Positions 47,513 to 56,716 of a stretch of 64,000 bases of DNA are shown piece after piece; the stretch's first letter is position 1, and every line of letters begins with the position of its first letter. Made by a program: the position numbers and the translations under genes. Source of the DNA: Opitutia bacterium (GTDB taxonomy: Bacteria > Verrucomicrobiota > Verrucomicrobiia > Opitutales > Opitutaceae); NCBI GenBank assembly GCA_947478395.1, contig CANJVR010000008.1:17135-81134 (forward strand). Reading direction: 5' to 3'. The notes beneath the pieces are model-generated. The model searched no databases. It worked only from the letters and a program-made list of their open reading frames with translations, and was not told the origin of the DNA.

Positions 47513-48769
47513 ATGAAACCATCCCGTCTCTTCGCGGCCAGTTGTGTCGCTTTGATTGTCACAGCCATGAGTTTTGCCCTGCGTGCCAGTGCCGCGGGAG
47601 CGTGGGCCACTGAATTTAAGCTGTCGTTCACTCAGGTCGGAGTGGTCAACAGCACGGCCTTCTGGGGCTTTACCCTCGCGATCATTTTTGGTGGACCCCT
47701 GTGCGATGCGGTCGGCATGAAACGGATCATGTGGCTGGCGTGGTTGGGCCACGTTGCGGGTATTTTGCTCACAATTTTCGCTTGGAACTATTGGAGTCTG
47801 TTTGCCGGCACGTTGATTTTTGGCATCGCCAACGGCTCGGTCGAAGCGGTCTGCAATCCGCTGATCGCCTCGCTTTATCCGAGCGATCGCACCACGAAGT
47901 TGAATCACTTTCACTCGTGGTTCCCGGGCGGTATTGTGATCGGCGGCCTGACGGCGCTCGCCTTGGAGAAGTTCGGTTGGAAGGTACAGTTTGCAACGAT
48001 GCTGATCCCGCTCGCGGTCTACGGCTTGATGTTTCTGGGGCAAACGTTCCCCCGCACGGAACGCGTGGAGCAGGGCGTGTCGACCGGTTCGATGTTCGGC
48101 GCCTGCCTCAATCCCATATTCCTCCTCATGGTCGCCTGTATGTTGATGACGGCCGCGACGGAGTTCGGTGCGCAGAATTGGATTCCGACGATTTTGAGCA
48201 ATGCGGGGGTGTCTGGAACGCTCGTGCTGGTTTGGATCACCGGCCTGATGTGGGCAGGCCGGCAATTTGCCGGCGTGTTCGTGCACCGCGTTTCGCCTCC
48301 AGGGATGCTGGTGCTGAGTGCGGTTTTGAGCGCGCTCGGTCTCTACGCGATGAGCAAATCCTCGGGCGTGCCGCTTTTTGGTGCGGCCACGGTATTTGCT
48401 TTGGGCGTCACGTTTTTCTGGCCCACCATGCTGGGAACGGTGAGCGAGCGTTTCCCGAAAACGGGCGCACTCGGTCTCGCGATCATGGGTGGCGCGGGCA
48501 TGCTCAGCGCCAGTTACGTAGTGCCGTTGGTCGGCGCCTGGTTCGACAAGGCCATCGCGGTGCGCCTACCGGCGGGTCAGACGGTGGAAACTTTCTCGGC
48601 CGCGCCAGCCGGTAGCGCGCTGGCGACGCAGTGGACGCAACTTCAGGCCTCCGCAGGTTTGGAGGCGCTGGGCTCGCTGACGGTGATTCCAGCTGCACTC
48701 GCGATCGTATTTCTAGCTCTTCTTCTTTTGTGGCGCAACAAACCGGTCCCTTCCGTTTCCGCGTCCTGA
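47513..48769 (+). CDS. MFS transporter
   Basis: 418 aa, about 12 TM helices, MFS-like loop motifs (GGPLCDAVGMKR). Confidence 0.85.
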   Translation: MKPSRLFAASCVALIVTAMSFALRASAAGAWATEFKLSFTQVGVVNSTAFWGFTLAIIFGGPLCDAVGMKRIMWLAWLGHVAGILLTIFAWNYWSLFAGTLIFGIANGSVEAVCNPLIASLYPSDRTTKLNHFHSWFPGGIVIGGLTALALEKFGWKVQFATMLIPLAVYGLMFLGQTFPRTERVEQGVSTGSMFGACLNPIFLLMVACMLMTAATEFGAQNWIPTILSNAGVSGTLVLVWITGLMWAGRQFAGVFVHRVSPPGMLVLSAVLSALGLYAMSKSSGVPLFGAATVFALGVTFFWPTMLGTVSERFPKTGALGLAIMGGAGMLSASYVVPLVGAWFDKAIAVRLPAGQTVETFSAAPAGSALATQWTQLQASAGLEALGSLTVIPAALAIVFLALLLLWRNKPVPSVSAS

Positions 48770-48802
48770 TGGTCTGATGACCCTGCTGGAACCCATTCAG
48801 AA

Positions 48803-48833
48803 ATAGCCCGCCGCAAGGCGGGCTATTTTTTTT
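48803..48833 (+). terminator. Rho-independent terminator after the MFS gene
   Basis: ATAGCCCGCC-GCAA-GGCGGGCTAT: a 10-bp stem with a GNRA-type loop, followed by seven T residues. Confidence 0.8.
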
Positions 48834-48945
48834 CGCTCAGCCGGATGGCCGCGCGGGCTCCGGGCCGTTGCAGAGCGGGTGAGACGTACGCCAGCTGTGA
48901 GGCTAAAGTACGCGTTCACGCGCTCTTCAAACGGTCGGAGCAAAG

Positions 48946-49353
48946 TTAGGCGGCGACCCGTTTGAACGGATTTGCGGTTTCGCCGAACGCCGGAGCGCGT
49001 TTCGGCAAATTCACGGTGAGGACGCCGTCATGGACTTCGGCGGCCATCGCCGCGTAGTCGAAGCCGCCGCCCAACCGCAGGCGCAGCTGGTAGTCGCGTT
49101 GCGCGCTCTCAAGGTGGGCGGACTGCCAGTTCACGCGCACGAAATGAGCCTTTCGGGCGGTGATGACCAAATCGGGTCCACGGGCTTCGATGTCGATGCC
49201 CGCGGCTTCCACGCCTGGCACGTACACGGCCAGTTTCACGCGATCAGGCTGGTCGCGGCAGTCGTAGTTCGGCTGGCGGAAAGCGTGCAGGTTGGCTGCT
49301 TCCGTTGGGCGAGTGCGACTGGCGGGACTGGGCGGACGGATGATCGTGTGCAT
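48946..49353 (-). CDS. Hsp20/alpha-crystallin family small heat-shock protein
   Basis: 135 aa. Alpha-crystallin domain KLAVYVPGVEAAGIDIEARGPDLVITARK...AEVHDGVLTVNLPKR. Confidence 0.85.
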   Translation of the reverse strand: MHTIIRPPSPASRTRPTEAANLHAFRQPNYDCRDQPDRVKLAVYVPGVEAAGIDIEARGPDLVITARKAHFVRVNWQSAHLESAQRDYQLRLRLGGGFDYAAMAAEVHDGVLTVNLPKRAPAFGETANPFKRVAA

Positions 49354-49360
49354 GGAAGGA

Positions 49361-49388
49361 AAATCTGAAATTTAAAATCTGAAATCGG
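49361..49388. repeat. Heptanucleotide tract AAATCTG AAATTTA AAATCTG AAATCGG in the hsp20 leader
   Basis: Lies 8-35 nt upstream of the hsp20 ATG. It is 22/26 identical to the coding-strand tract AAATCTCAAATTTCAAATCCCAAATC in dnaE. Confidence 0.8.
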
Positions 49389-49757
49389 AGCGTCGAAAAA
49401 TTTTAACGGGAGAAAATTGGGAGGAGGGAAATGGTTTAAAGCGGTGGCTTCCTGGGACCTTTAGGGTTCCGGGCTTCTTGGTGGTCTAAACTCTTCCGTG
49501 AGTGCGGAGGTTTAGTTTAAGAAGCCCGCTGGGGTCGTTTTCTGGCTCCAATGGGAGACGACCGGGCGCATCTGGGCGCAGCACGTTTGCACGGCCTTCG
49601 TAAACGAAGTGCCGGCGTGGCTGCGGAGATGTTGTTGGGCCAAGGTCATGGGAGCGATTTCTCTGACGAAACAATAAATGCAGGCCGCGTGCCAAGCCGC
49701 AAAAATTTTGTACGCGTGAAGATTGTGTGACGCGGCGCGCCCGACCAAAATGGTCGC

Positions 49758-50132
49758 ATGTCTTCTCTCTCCGATGCGACCACAACCGTGGACGAACTCA
49801 AAAATCGCGTGCTGGCCTTCGCGCGGGTCCGGGACTGGGAACAGTTTCATGCGCCCAAAAATCTCAGCATGGCGCTCGCAACCGAGGCTGGGGAGCTCAT
49901 GGAGCACTTTCTTTGGGCCTCGCCGGAACAGTCGCGGCAGATCGTCGCTGACCCGGTCAAGCGGGCGAAAATCGCCGAAGAACTCGCGGATGTCGTCATC
50001 TACGCCTTGGAGTTCGCCAATATTACGGGCCTCGACGTGGCCGCGGCGATCGAAACTAAGATGGCGGCCAACGCCCAAAAATATCCCGTGGAAAAAGCGA
50101 AGGGCCGGTCCGACAAATATACGGAGCTGTAA
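49758..50132 (+). CDS. MazG-like all-alpha nucleotide pyrophosphohydrolase
   Basis: 124 aa. FARVRDWEQFHAPKNLSMALATEAGELMEHF...EELADVVIYAL shows the EExxE/D metal-binding helices typical of small MazG/dCTPase-like enzymes. Confidence 0.8.
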   Translation: MSSLSDATTTVDELKNRVLAFARVRDWEQFHAPKNLSMALATEAGELMEHFLWASPEQSRQIVADPVKRAKIAEELADVVIYALEFANITGLDVAAAIETKMAANAQKYPVEKAKGRSDKYTEL

Positions 50133-50140
50133 TCGAGAGC

Positions 50141-50209
50141 GTTTTAAGTTTTTCCGCGGCCTGCCGAAACGACGAGGCTGAACCCGGCAGGCAGGGACGC
50201 CTGCCGCTG
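50141..50209. repeat. REP-like palindromic element, copy E (outer left arm missing) with flank GTTTTAAGTTTTTCCGCGGCC
   Basis: CCTGCCGAAACGACGAGGCTGAACCCGGCAGGCAGGGACGCCTGCCGCTGC. Lies between the convergent mazG-like and lipA stops. Confidence 0.75.
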
Positions 50210-50250
50210 CTTGGTTCGCGGCTACGCTTTGGTTAAACTGCTCGCCGCCC

Positions 50251-51144
50251 TCAGCCCACCAGCGCGTTCGCCGTGTTCAGATGCTCGATGCCGGTATACT
50301 TTTGCGACTGCTCGTCGGCGTGATAACTTGATCTTACCATCGCGCCGCTTTCGACGACGCCGATGCCAAGGCCGAGGCCGAATTGTTTCCAGTGAGCGAA
50401 CTCGTCCGGATGCGCCCACCGCTCGACCTTTAGATGCTGGGGCGTGGGCTGAAGATACTGCCCGATGGTCAGGATGTCGGTCCGGTCGCTCGCGATGTCG
50501 CGCAGCGTTTGTTCGATTTCGGCCGGCTGCTCACCGAGACCGAGCATGATGCCGGTCTTCGTGGTGAAACCGCGGGACTTCGCGTGTTGGAGTACGCTGC
50601 GCGAGCGATCATAGCGGGCCTGCACGCGTACGGGCTTTTGCAGGCGCTCCACGGTTTCCAGGTTGTGATTGAAAATATCGGGCTTCGCGTCGAGGACGGT
50701 GTCGAGGTCGGTGAGTCGGCCTTTCCAATCGGGGGTAAGCACCTCGATCGCGGTCTGCGGATTGCGGTGACGGATGGCGCGGATGGTGGCAGCCCAGACG
50801 GCCGCGCCGCCGTCGGCGAGTTCATCGCGGGCAACACTCGTGATCACGCAATGGCGAAGTCCCATCTTGGCGACGGCATCGGCGACCCGCGCGGGTTCGC
50901 CGAGATCGAGTTCTGTGGGACGGCCGGTTTGGATCGCGCAGAAATTACAGGAACGCGTGCAGATGTTGCCGAGGATCATCAGCGTGGCCGTGCCGCGTGA
51001 CCAACATTCGCCTAGGTTCGGACACTGCGCGCTCTGGCAGACCGTGTGGAGCTTGTGTTCGTCCACGAGCGAACGGACGGCATGGTAGCCGGGGCCGCTG
51101 GGCAGTTTGGCGCGGAGCCAGGAGGGTTTGCGCGAGGTGTCCAT
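50251..51144 (-). CDS. lipA: Lipoyl synthase
   Basis: CQSAQCPNLGECW and the radical-SAM motif CTRSCNFCAI. Confidence 0.95.
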   Translation of the reverse strand: MDTSRKPSWLRAKLPSGPGYHAVRSLVDEHKLHTVCQSAQCPNLGECWSRGTATLMILGNICTRSCNFCAIQTGRPTELDLGEPARVADAVAKMGLRHCVITSVARDELADGGAAVWAATIRAIRHRNPQTAIEVLTPDWKGRLTDLDTVLDAKPDIFNHNLETVERLQKPVRVQARYDRSRSVLQHAKSRGFTTKTGIMLGLGEQPAEIEQTLRDIASDRTDILTIGQYLQPTPQHLKVERWAHPDEFAHWKQFGLGLGIGVVESGAMVRSSYHADEQSQKYTGIEHLNTANALVG

Positions 51145-51228
51145 TTAGGAATGAAGAGAGGAGTTAACCACGGATTGCACGGATGAACACGGCTTTTTTC
51201 TGTAAACAGAGTGGGCGAGGAAATCGCT

Positions 51229-51951
51229 TTACCGGGTTTTAGTCACGACTTCCGTCGCTAAAAACTCCGGGAGCGCCGACCAGAATTCCCGCCCGAGGAC
51301 GCGTTTTACCTCTGCCAAATCGAGTTCATGGCCGAACTCGGCTTGCAACGACGTCACCGTGCCTTCGCCGGCGCTGATCCCGCACGGCACGATGCCGGCG
51401 AAATGGGGGAGGTGGGCGTTCACGTTAAGCGCGAAGCCGTGGTAAGTAACCCAGCGCTTCACGGCAACGCCGACGGCGGCGACTTTGCGCGAGCCCAACC
51501 AGATGCCTGTGAGTCCGGGCCGGCGGCTCGCGGCGAGGCCGAGCGAACCGACCGCGTTGATCACGACCTGCTCCAGAAAGCGAAGATAGGCGTGCAGATC
51601 CTTGTGCGTCGTGAGCGAGACGATGGGATAGCCGACAATCTGTCCCGGTCCATGATACGTGATGTCACCACCACGGTTGGTTTTCGCGACCTCGACGCCG
51701 GCCTCGGCCAGCTGCGCCTCGTTCCAAACGAGATGCTGTTCCGCTCCGGCGCGCAGGCCGATCGTGAAAACCGGTTCATGTTCGGTAAACACGAGCGTGT
51801 CAGCGATGTCACCGGCAAGGCGGCGAGTCACGAGTTCAGCCTGCCGCTGTGAGGCGTCCGCATAACGCGTGCGACCCCAGTCGAGCACGGGGCCCGGCGA
51901 GGTCGGTTTTGAAGCGGCGGCGATTTCAAGCACGGGGTTTACTGCACCCAT
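51229..51951 (-). CDS. lipB: Lipoyl(octanoyl) transferase
   Basis: TEHEPVFTIG and NRGGDITYHGPGQIVGYPI. Confidence 0.9.
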   Translation of the reverse strand: MGAVNPVLEIAAASKPTSPGPVLDWGRTRYADASQRQAELVTRRLAGDIADTLVFTEHEPVFTIGLRAGAEQHLVWNEAQLAEAGVEVAKTNRGGDITYHGPGQIVGYPIVSLTTHKDLHAYLRFLEQVVINAVGSLGLAASRRPGLTGIWLGSRKVAAVGVAVKRWVTYHGFALNVNAHLPHFAGIVPCGISAGEGTVTSLQAEFGHELDLAEVKRVLGREFWSALPEFLATEVVTKTR

Positions 51952-52011
51952 TTCAGGCTGCGGCGCAATCTCCCCCTTGCAGCCGGCATCAATCGATTTT
52001 TCGGGTGAACG

Positions 52012-53001
52012 CTAACGCCGGTAAACGACGGCGAGTTTTTTGATGGTTTCTTGGATGCTGTGCCGCAGTTCGGCTGGTGCGACCACTTCGGCCGACGCAC
52101 CCCAACCGAGCACCCATTGTTCGATCTCGGTGAGCGCGCCGAGGCGCAGGTGCAGTTCTAGCCCGCCGCCCGGCAAATCGTGCATTTCCTGCGACTCGTG
52201 CCATTCGCGTTCGCGCACGCGTTCGGCGGCCGCGGCCGTGAAACGAATCGCCACGCGCCAGTCGCCGCGTCCCCCGAGCACGCCGAGGGCAGTGGCGAAA
52301 AATTTCTCCGGCGAGAAATCCGCCGGCCGCGTGAACTCCTCTTTGGTGTCGGCGACGTCGACGATGCGCGGCAGCGCAAACGTGCGCAGCGCCGCCCGCT
52401 CCAGGTCAAAGCCGATGAGATACCACAGATTTTCACGATGCGCCAAATGGTAGGGTTGTACCCGACGCGTGGATTTTTTCGGATCGCCGGGTTTACGATA
52501 CGCAAACGTCACGACCGTCTGACGGAGCACGGCACTGCTGAGGGCGTTGAAGATCGCGAGGTCGGTTTTACCCAGCCCGATGTTTTTGAAAGAAACGGCC
52601 CGCAACTCGTCGGCTGGCGAAAATGAGATCCGGTCTTTCAACCCGCCCGCAAGTTTCTCGAAGGCGATCTCCAACTGCCGGTGAAATGGCGTGCCGCGGT
52701 ATTGCTCCAGTGCGCGCTGGGCGACGAGCAAAGCGAGCAGTTCGCCCTCGGTCACATGGATCGTGGGAAAGGAGTTTACCGGCTGCGTATATCGGTACGC
52801 CTGAATCTGCGCGTCGAACTCGATGGGCAAATCGAGGCGGTCGCGCATGAACGCGATATCGCGCACAATCGTCTTCCGCGAAACCTCCAGCGCCTTCACC
52901 AGCTTCGTGCAATTGACGAGGGCGCCGCGGCGCAGTTCGTCGTGGATCTTCATCATCCGCTCGAGCGGTGGGCGGGAAAGTTGGACGGGACGCAAGGGCA
53001 T
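52012..53001 (-). CDS. WYL-domain transcriptional regulator (wHTH + WYL + C-terminal extension)
   Basis: 329 aa. N-terminal HTH (NCTKLVKALEVSRKTIVRDIAFMRDRL) and a WYL domain (RVQPYHLAHRENLWYLIGFDLERAALRTFALPRI). Confidence 0.8.
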   Translation of the reverse strand: MPLRPVQLSRPPLERMMKIHDELRRGALVNCTKLVKALEVSRKTIVRDIAFMRDRLDLPIEFDAQIQAYRYTQPVNSFPTIHVTEGELLALLVAQRALEQYRGTPFHRQLEIAFEKLAGGLKDRISFSPADELRAVSFKNIGLGKTDLAIFNALSSAVLRQTVVTFAYRKPGDPKKSTRRVQPYHLAHRENLWYLIGFDLERAALRTFALPRIVDVADTKEEFTRPADFSPEKFFATALGVLGGRGDWRVAIRFTAAAAERVREREWHESQEMHDLPGGGLELHLRLGALTEIEQWVLGWGASAEVVAPAELRHSIQETIKKLAVVYRR

Positions 53002-53069
53002 GGGAAATTTCGAACCGATTTTTTAGCCTGGGCCAAGCAATGTCCCACCCGGAGGCGTAAATTGTACGC

Positions 53070-53705
53070 ATGAACTCATCCTTCTCCCTTCGCCCTCGCA
53101 AGAAATGCCTCGTGCCTATCGCGCTCACCTGGTCGCACTCCGGGATCGCTTATCGCGTCACGCCCTGGCCCGAGGTTCGCTTCGAGCGCCTTTTCGGCCG
53201 CGACTGGATCGAAACCACACCGACAGAGGATGTCTTTGCATCGGCCGGCCATGTCTGCGGCCCGCTGGAATGGAAGCCGTACCTGGAGTTCGTGCCGGCG
53301 AACGTCCGGGAGTTTCTCGCGCAGTTCGTCTACACGAAAATGGAAGCGCTCCAGGTCGTTGCCCGCTGCCCCGAATTGCTCGCCCCTTTGACGGAAACGC
53401 CGGCGTTGACGTCGTTCATCGCCGGCCACGCCGGACTCCGCGGCGCCGCCGCGCCGTGCTGGGGCGAAATCAACGCGGTCTACGAACGCAACGGCGTCTT
53501 CGGCCTGCTCGAGTGGCTGGGCCTCGCCGCCTCACGCCAGACGCTCTCGATCCTGCATAATATCGTCCAGGCCGAAGTGCCAAAACGGCTGCTCGAGCCG
53601 CTGCGTGCGATGCTGTGGGACCCACACACGATTTTCGCGCTGCAACGGCTCCCGGCCATAACCGATCAAACGCTCACGCGCACGGCGCACGCTCTGGCCG
53701 CGTAA
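53070..53705 (+). CDS. Hypothetical protein (211 aa), divergent from the WYL regulator
   Basis: ATG start 68 bp from the WYL gene start. Looks soluble with no TM segment, and I recognise no domain. Confidence 0.55.
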   Translation: MNSSFSLRPRKKCLVPIALTWSHSGIAYRVTPWPEVRFERLFGRDWIETTPTEDVFASAGHVCGPLEWKPYLEFVPANVREFLAQFVYTKMEALQVVARCPELLAPLTETPALTSFIAGHAGLRGAAAPCWGEINAVYERNGVFGLLEWLGLAASRQTLSILHNIVQAEVPKRLLEPLRAMLWDPHTIFALQRLPAITDQTLTRTAHALAA

Positions 53706-53898
53706 CCCAACGCCGCCGCCATCTTTCGTGGCGGCGCGTTCGCCGTGGAGACGGCGCAGAGGTTGGCGGACGGCTAGGTCGTGGACGGAAGCGAACGTCC
53801 GCAGAAACCGTCCGAGCTATTCCCCTGTGGCGGGAGAGGCGTCCGAGATTCCGTTTGCCGAGGCGTCGGGCGCGGCCCAAGGTGCGCGGTTCCGTTCC

Positions 53899-55383
53899 AT
53901 GAGCGACCTCCACTCCGACATCAGCCACGATCAAAACGCCGTGCGCCGGCAGAAACTCGCCGAAATGCGCGCCGCCGGCGTGGATCCGTTTCGCGCGAGC
54001 TTCACGACCACGCACTTTTCGGCCGAAGCGCTCAAAGCCCACGTCGACGGCCAGGATAACGCCGTCTCGGTCGCCGTGGCCGGCCGGCTCGTGACGATCC
54101 GCGACATGGGCAAGAGCCAGTTCGTGAAGATCCTGGATCAGCAGGGCCAGATTCAGCTTTACGTGAAGAAAGACGTGATCGGAGACGACGCCTACGCGGC
54201 GTTTAAGAAACTCGATCTCGGCGATATTCTCGGCGCGAAGGGCACGCTCTTCAAAACCAAGACCGGTGAAGTCACGGTGCGCGTGGAAAGTTACACGCTC
54301 GTGGCCAAGGCGCTGCGGCCGCTGCCGGAAAAATGGCACGGCCTGAGCGATGCCGAGCAAGTCTATCGTCAGCGTTACCTCGATCTCATCGTGAATGCCG
54401 AGTCGCGCGCGCGGCTCATGCTGCGTTCCCGCGTGGTCTCGCACATCCGCCGCTTTTTGGAAGCGCAGCAATTCATCGAGGTCGAAACGCCGGTGTTGGA
54501 AAACACCGCGGGCGGCGCCGCCGCGCGGCCGTTCGTGACGCATCACAACGCGCTCAACGTCGATTTTTTCCTGCGCATCGCGACCGAGCTGCGGCTGAAG
54601 CGCCTGCTCGTAGGCGGTTTCGACCGCGTCTTCGAGATCGGCCGGATTTTCCGCAACGAAGGCGTTTCGCGGAAGCACAACCCGGAGTTCACCATGCTCG
54701 AGGTTTACCAAGCCTACAGCGATCACCGCGGCATGATGACGTTGATCAAGGACATGCTGACGACGCTCGTCCGCGAGGTCGTTCGCCCCGCCGACGGCTC
54801 CCTCAAGATCAAGCACGCGGCCAGCGGACAGGAGATCGATTTCGGCGGCGAATGGCGCGAGGTGAACTACAAGGACCTCATTTGCACCGCGACCGGCGAT
54901 CCGGAGTGGTTCGCCCGCAGCAAAGCGGAGAAAATCGCCGGCGCGGAAAAACTCGGCCTTTCGATTCATCCCGCTTGGGAAGAGTTCGAAATCACCAACG
55001 AAATTTTTTCCAAGAAAATCGAGCCGACGCTGATCCAGCCGACCTTCGTACTGAAACTGCCGAAGGAATTGTGCCCGCTGGCGAAGCTCAACGCCGAAGA
55101 TCCCACGGTGCTCGATGTGTTCGAGCTCACCATCGGTGGCATGGAAGTCGCGCCGGCTTACTCGGAGCAAAACGATCCCGATGTGCAGCGCACGATGTTC
55201 GAATCCCAGGCGGGCGAGGAAAAGCAAAACATCGACCAGGATTTCCTGCTCGCACTGGAACACGGCATGCCGCCGGCCGGTGGCATGGGCGTGGGCATCG
55301 ACCGCTTGTGCATCCTGCTGACCGGCGCGGAAAGCATCCGCGATGTGATCCTGTTTCCGCAGCTCAGACCCGGGGCCGTCTGA
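53899..55383 (+). CDS. lysS: Lysine--tRNA ligase (class II)
   Basis: The ATG at 53899 gives MSDLHSDISHDQNAVRRQKLAEMRAAG. OB anticodon-binding domain, FRNEGVSRKHNPEFTMLEVYQAY and GGMGVGIDRL. Confidence 0.95.
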   Translation: MSDLHSDISHDQNAVRRQKLAEMRAAGVDPFRASFTTTHFSAEALKAHVDGQDNAVSVAVAGRLVTIRDMGKSQFVKILDQQGQIQLYVKKDVIGDDAYAAFKKLDLGDILGAKGTLFKTKTGEVTVRVESYTLVAKALRPLPEKWHGLSDAEQVYRQRYLDLIVNAESRARLMLRSRVVSHIRRFLEAQQFIEVETPVLENTAGGAAARPFVTHHNALNVDFFLRIATELRLKRLLVGGFDRVFEIGRIFRNEGVSRKHNPEFTMLEVYQAYSDHRGMMTLIKDMLTTLVREVVRPADGSLKIKHAASGQEIDFGGEWREVNYKDLICTATGDPEWFARSKAEKIAGAEKLGLSIHPAWEEFEITNEIFSKKIEPTLIQPTFVLKLPKELCPLAKLNAEDPTVLDVFELTIGGMEVAPAYSEQNDPDVQRTMFESQAGEEKQNIDQDFLLALEHGMPPAGGMGVGIDRLCILLTGAESIRDVILFPQLRPGAV

Positions 55384-55480
55384 GGGTTTAAGTGAGAAGT
55401 TGAAGTTTAAAGGCTGTCTGACGAAACGGGAAAACAGCATCCGCACTTCAACTTAAACTTCTGATTTCAACTGGTCGTCC

Positions 55481-56716
55481 ATGCCCTGGTATCTCTACCT
55501 CGCCCTGAAACAGCTTTTCCCGACGGGAAAGAAGTTTCCGTTTTTCACGGCGATCTCGGTGCTCGGCGTGGCGTTGGGCGTGGCGCTGCTCGTGATTTCA
55601 ACGAGTGTGATGGGAGGCTTCGGCCACCAGTACCGGCGCATGATCGTGGACACGCAGGGCGACGTCCAGGTGCGGGCGCGCGGTTTTATCAACGACGCGG
55701 CGGGCTTGCAGGCGCGGCTGGCAGCGGTGCCCGGCGTGGTGGCGACGACGCCATTTGCGGAAGGTGTGACCGGCTTGATCCACGAGGGCCGGCCGGCTTA
55801 TCCCGCGATGCAGGGCATCGACGTGAATCGCATCAACAAGGTGGTTCCGATTGCGAAGTATGTCGTCGTTGGGTCGCTCGACGATCTCGACGATGATTCC
55901 ATCATCCTGAGTTATCAGCTCGCGCTTTCCATCGGTGCGCACGTCGGCGACAAGGTCGAAGTCTATTCGCCACTGCTGTTGGAAAAGTTGAACCACGACG
56001 AAATCCTGTTGCCGCGCCAATTCCGGGTGGCGGGGATTTTCCAGATCGGACACCAGCAGCTCGACAGTTCCCTCGTGCTGGTGACGTTGCGTGCGATGCA
56101 GGAACTCTACGGGCTCGGCGCTGCGGTGCACGGCATCAACGTAAAAATTGCCCCCGGCCTCGATGCGGACGATGTGGCCGCGCGCATCAACGCGGCCTTG
56201 CCGCCCGAAGCCGGTGCCACCGCGCGTTCGTGGATGGATACGAACCAGGAATTCCTCTTCGTGCTCCAGCTGGAGAAGAACATGATCTTTTTTCTGCTCA
56301 CGTTCATCACGATTGTCGCGGCGTTTTCGGTCACGAGTTCGCTGTTGATTTCGGTCGTGCGAAAAACCCGGGAAATCGGATTGCTCGGCGCGCTCGGCGG
56401 CCAGCCCAGGCAAGTGGCGGCGTGTTTTTGTTTTCAGGGCCTGCTCATCGGCACGGCTGGGACAGTCGCCGGGCTCATCCTCGGCTTCGTCCTGCTTTTT
56501 TTCCGCAACGGCATCGTGCACGTTTTCACGTCGCTGACCGCGAGTGAGGCGGTGCTCGCGCGATTCTATCAGTTCAGCGAGTTGCCGCGGTACACGTCTT
56601 CGAGCGACGTGATCACGATCGTGACGGTTTCGATCGTCATCTCGACGCTGGCTGGTCTGCTGCCCGCGTGGCGGGCGGCCCGACTTAAACCCGTGGAGGC
56701 GCTACGCAGTGAATAA
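55481..56716 (+). CDS. Lipoprotein-releasing ABC transporter permease (LolC/LolE family)
   Basis: 411 aa. MacB/FtsX-type topology. The N-terminus MPWYLYLALKQLFPTGKKFPFFTAISVLGVALGVALL is typical of LolC/E. Confidence 0.85.
   Translation: MPWYLYLALKQLFPTGKKFPFFTAISVLGVALGVALLVISTSVMGGFGHQYRRMIVDTQGDVQVRARGFINDAAGLQARLAAVPGVVATTPFAEGVTGLIHEGRPAYPAMQGIDVNRINKVVPIAKYVVVGSLDDLDDDSIILSYQLALSIGAHVGDKVEVYSPLLLEKLNHDEILLPRQFRVAGIFQIGHQQLDSSLVLVTLRAMQELYGLGAAVHGINVKIAPGLDADDVAARINAALPPEAGATARSWMDTNQEFLFVLQLEKNMIFFLLTFITIVAAFSVTSSLLISVVRKTREIGLLGALGGQPRQVAACFCFQGLLIGTAGTVAGLILGFVLLFFRNGIVHVFTSLTASEAVLARFYQFSELPRYTSSSDVITIVTVSIVISTLAGLLPAWRAARLKPVEALRSE

Noticed and set aside
48946-50132. Hsp20 plus divergent MazG-like pyrophosphohydrolase as a stress/defence or toxin-antitoxin pair
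   Set aside because: Both are common stand-alone housekeeping or stress genes. They are divergent, about 400 bp apart, and no toxin-like partner is present. A 45-aa ORF in the spacer (49512-49649) is unsupported.
53674-55446. 590-aa minus-strand ORF
   Set aside because: It is antisense to lysS, whose class II synthetase motifs are unambiguous. The composition (R, H, G, A rich) indicates a GC-driven shadow ORF. The same reasoning rejects 57034-58230, 58535-59542, 61625-62698, 30071-31417, 44427-45407, 36639-37466, 7526-8485, 22680-23486 and similar track entries.
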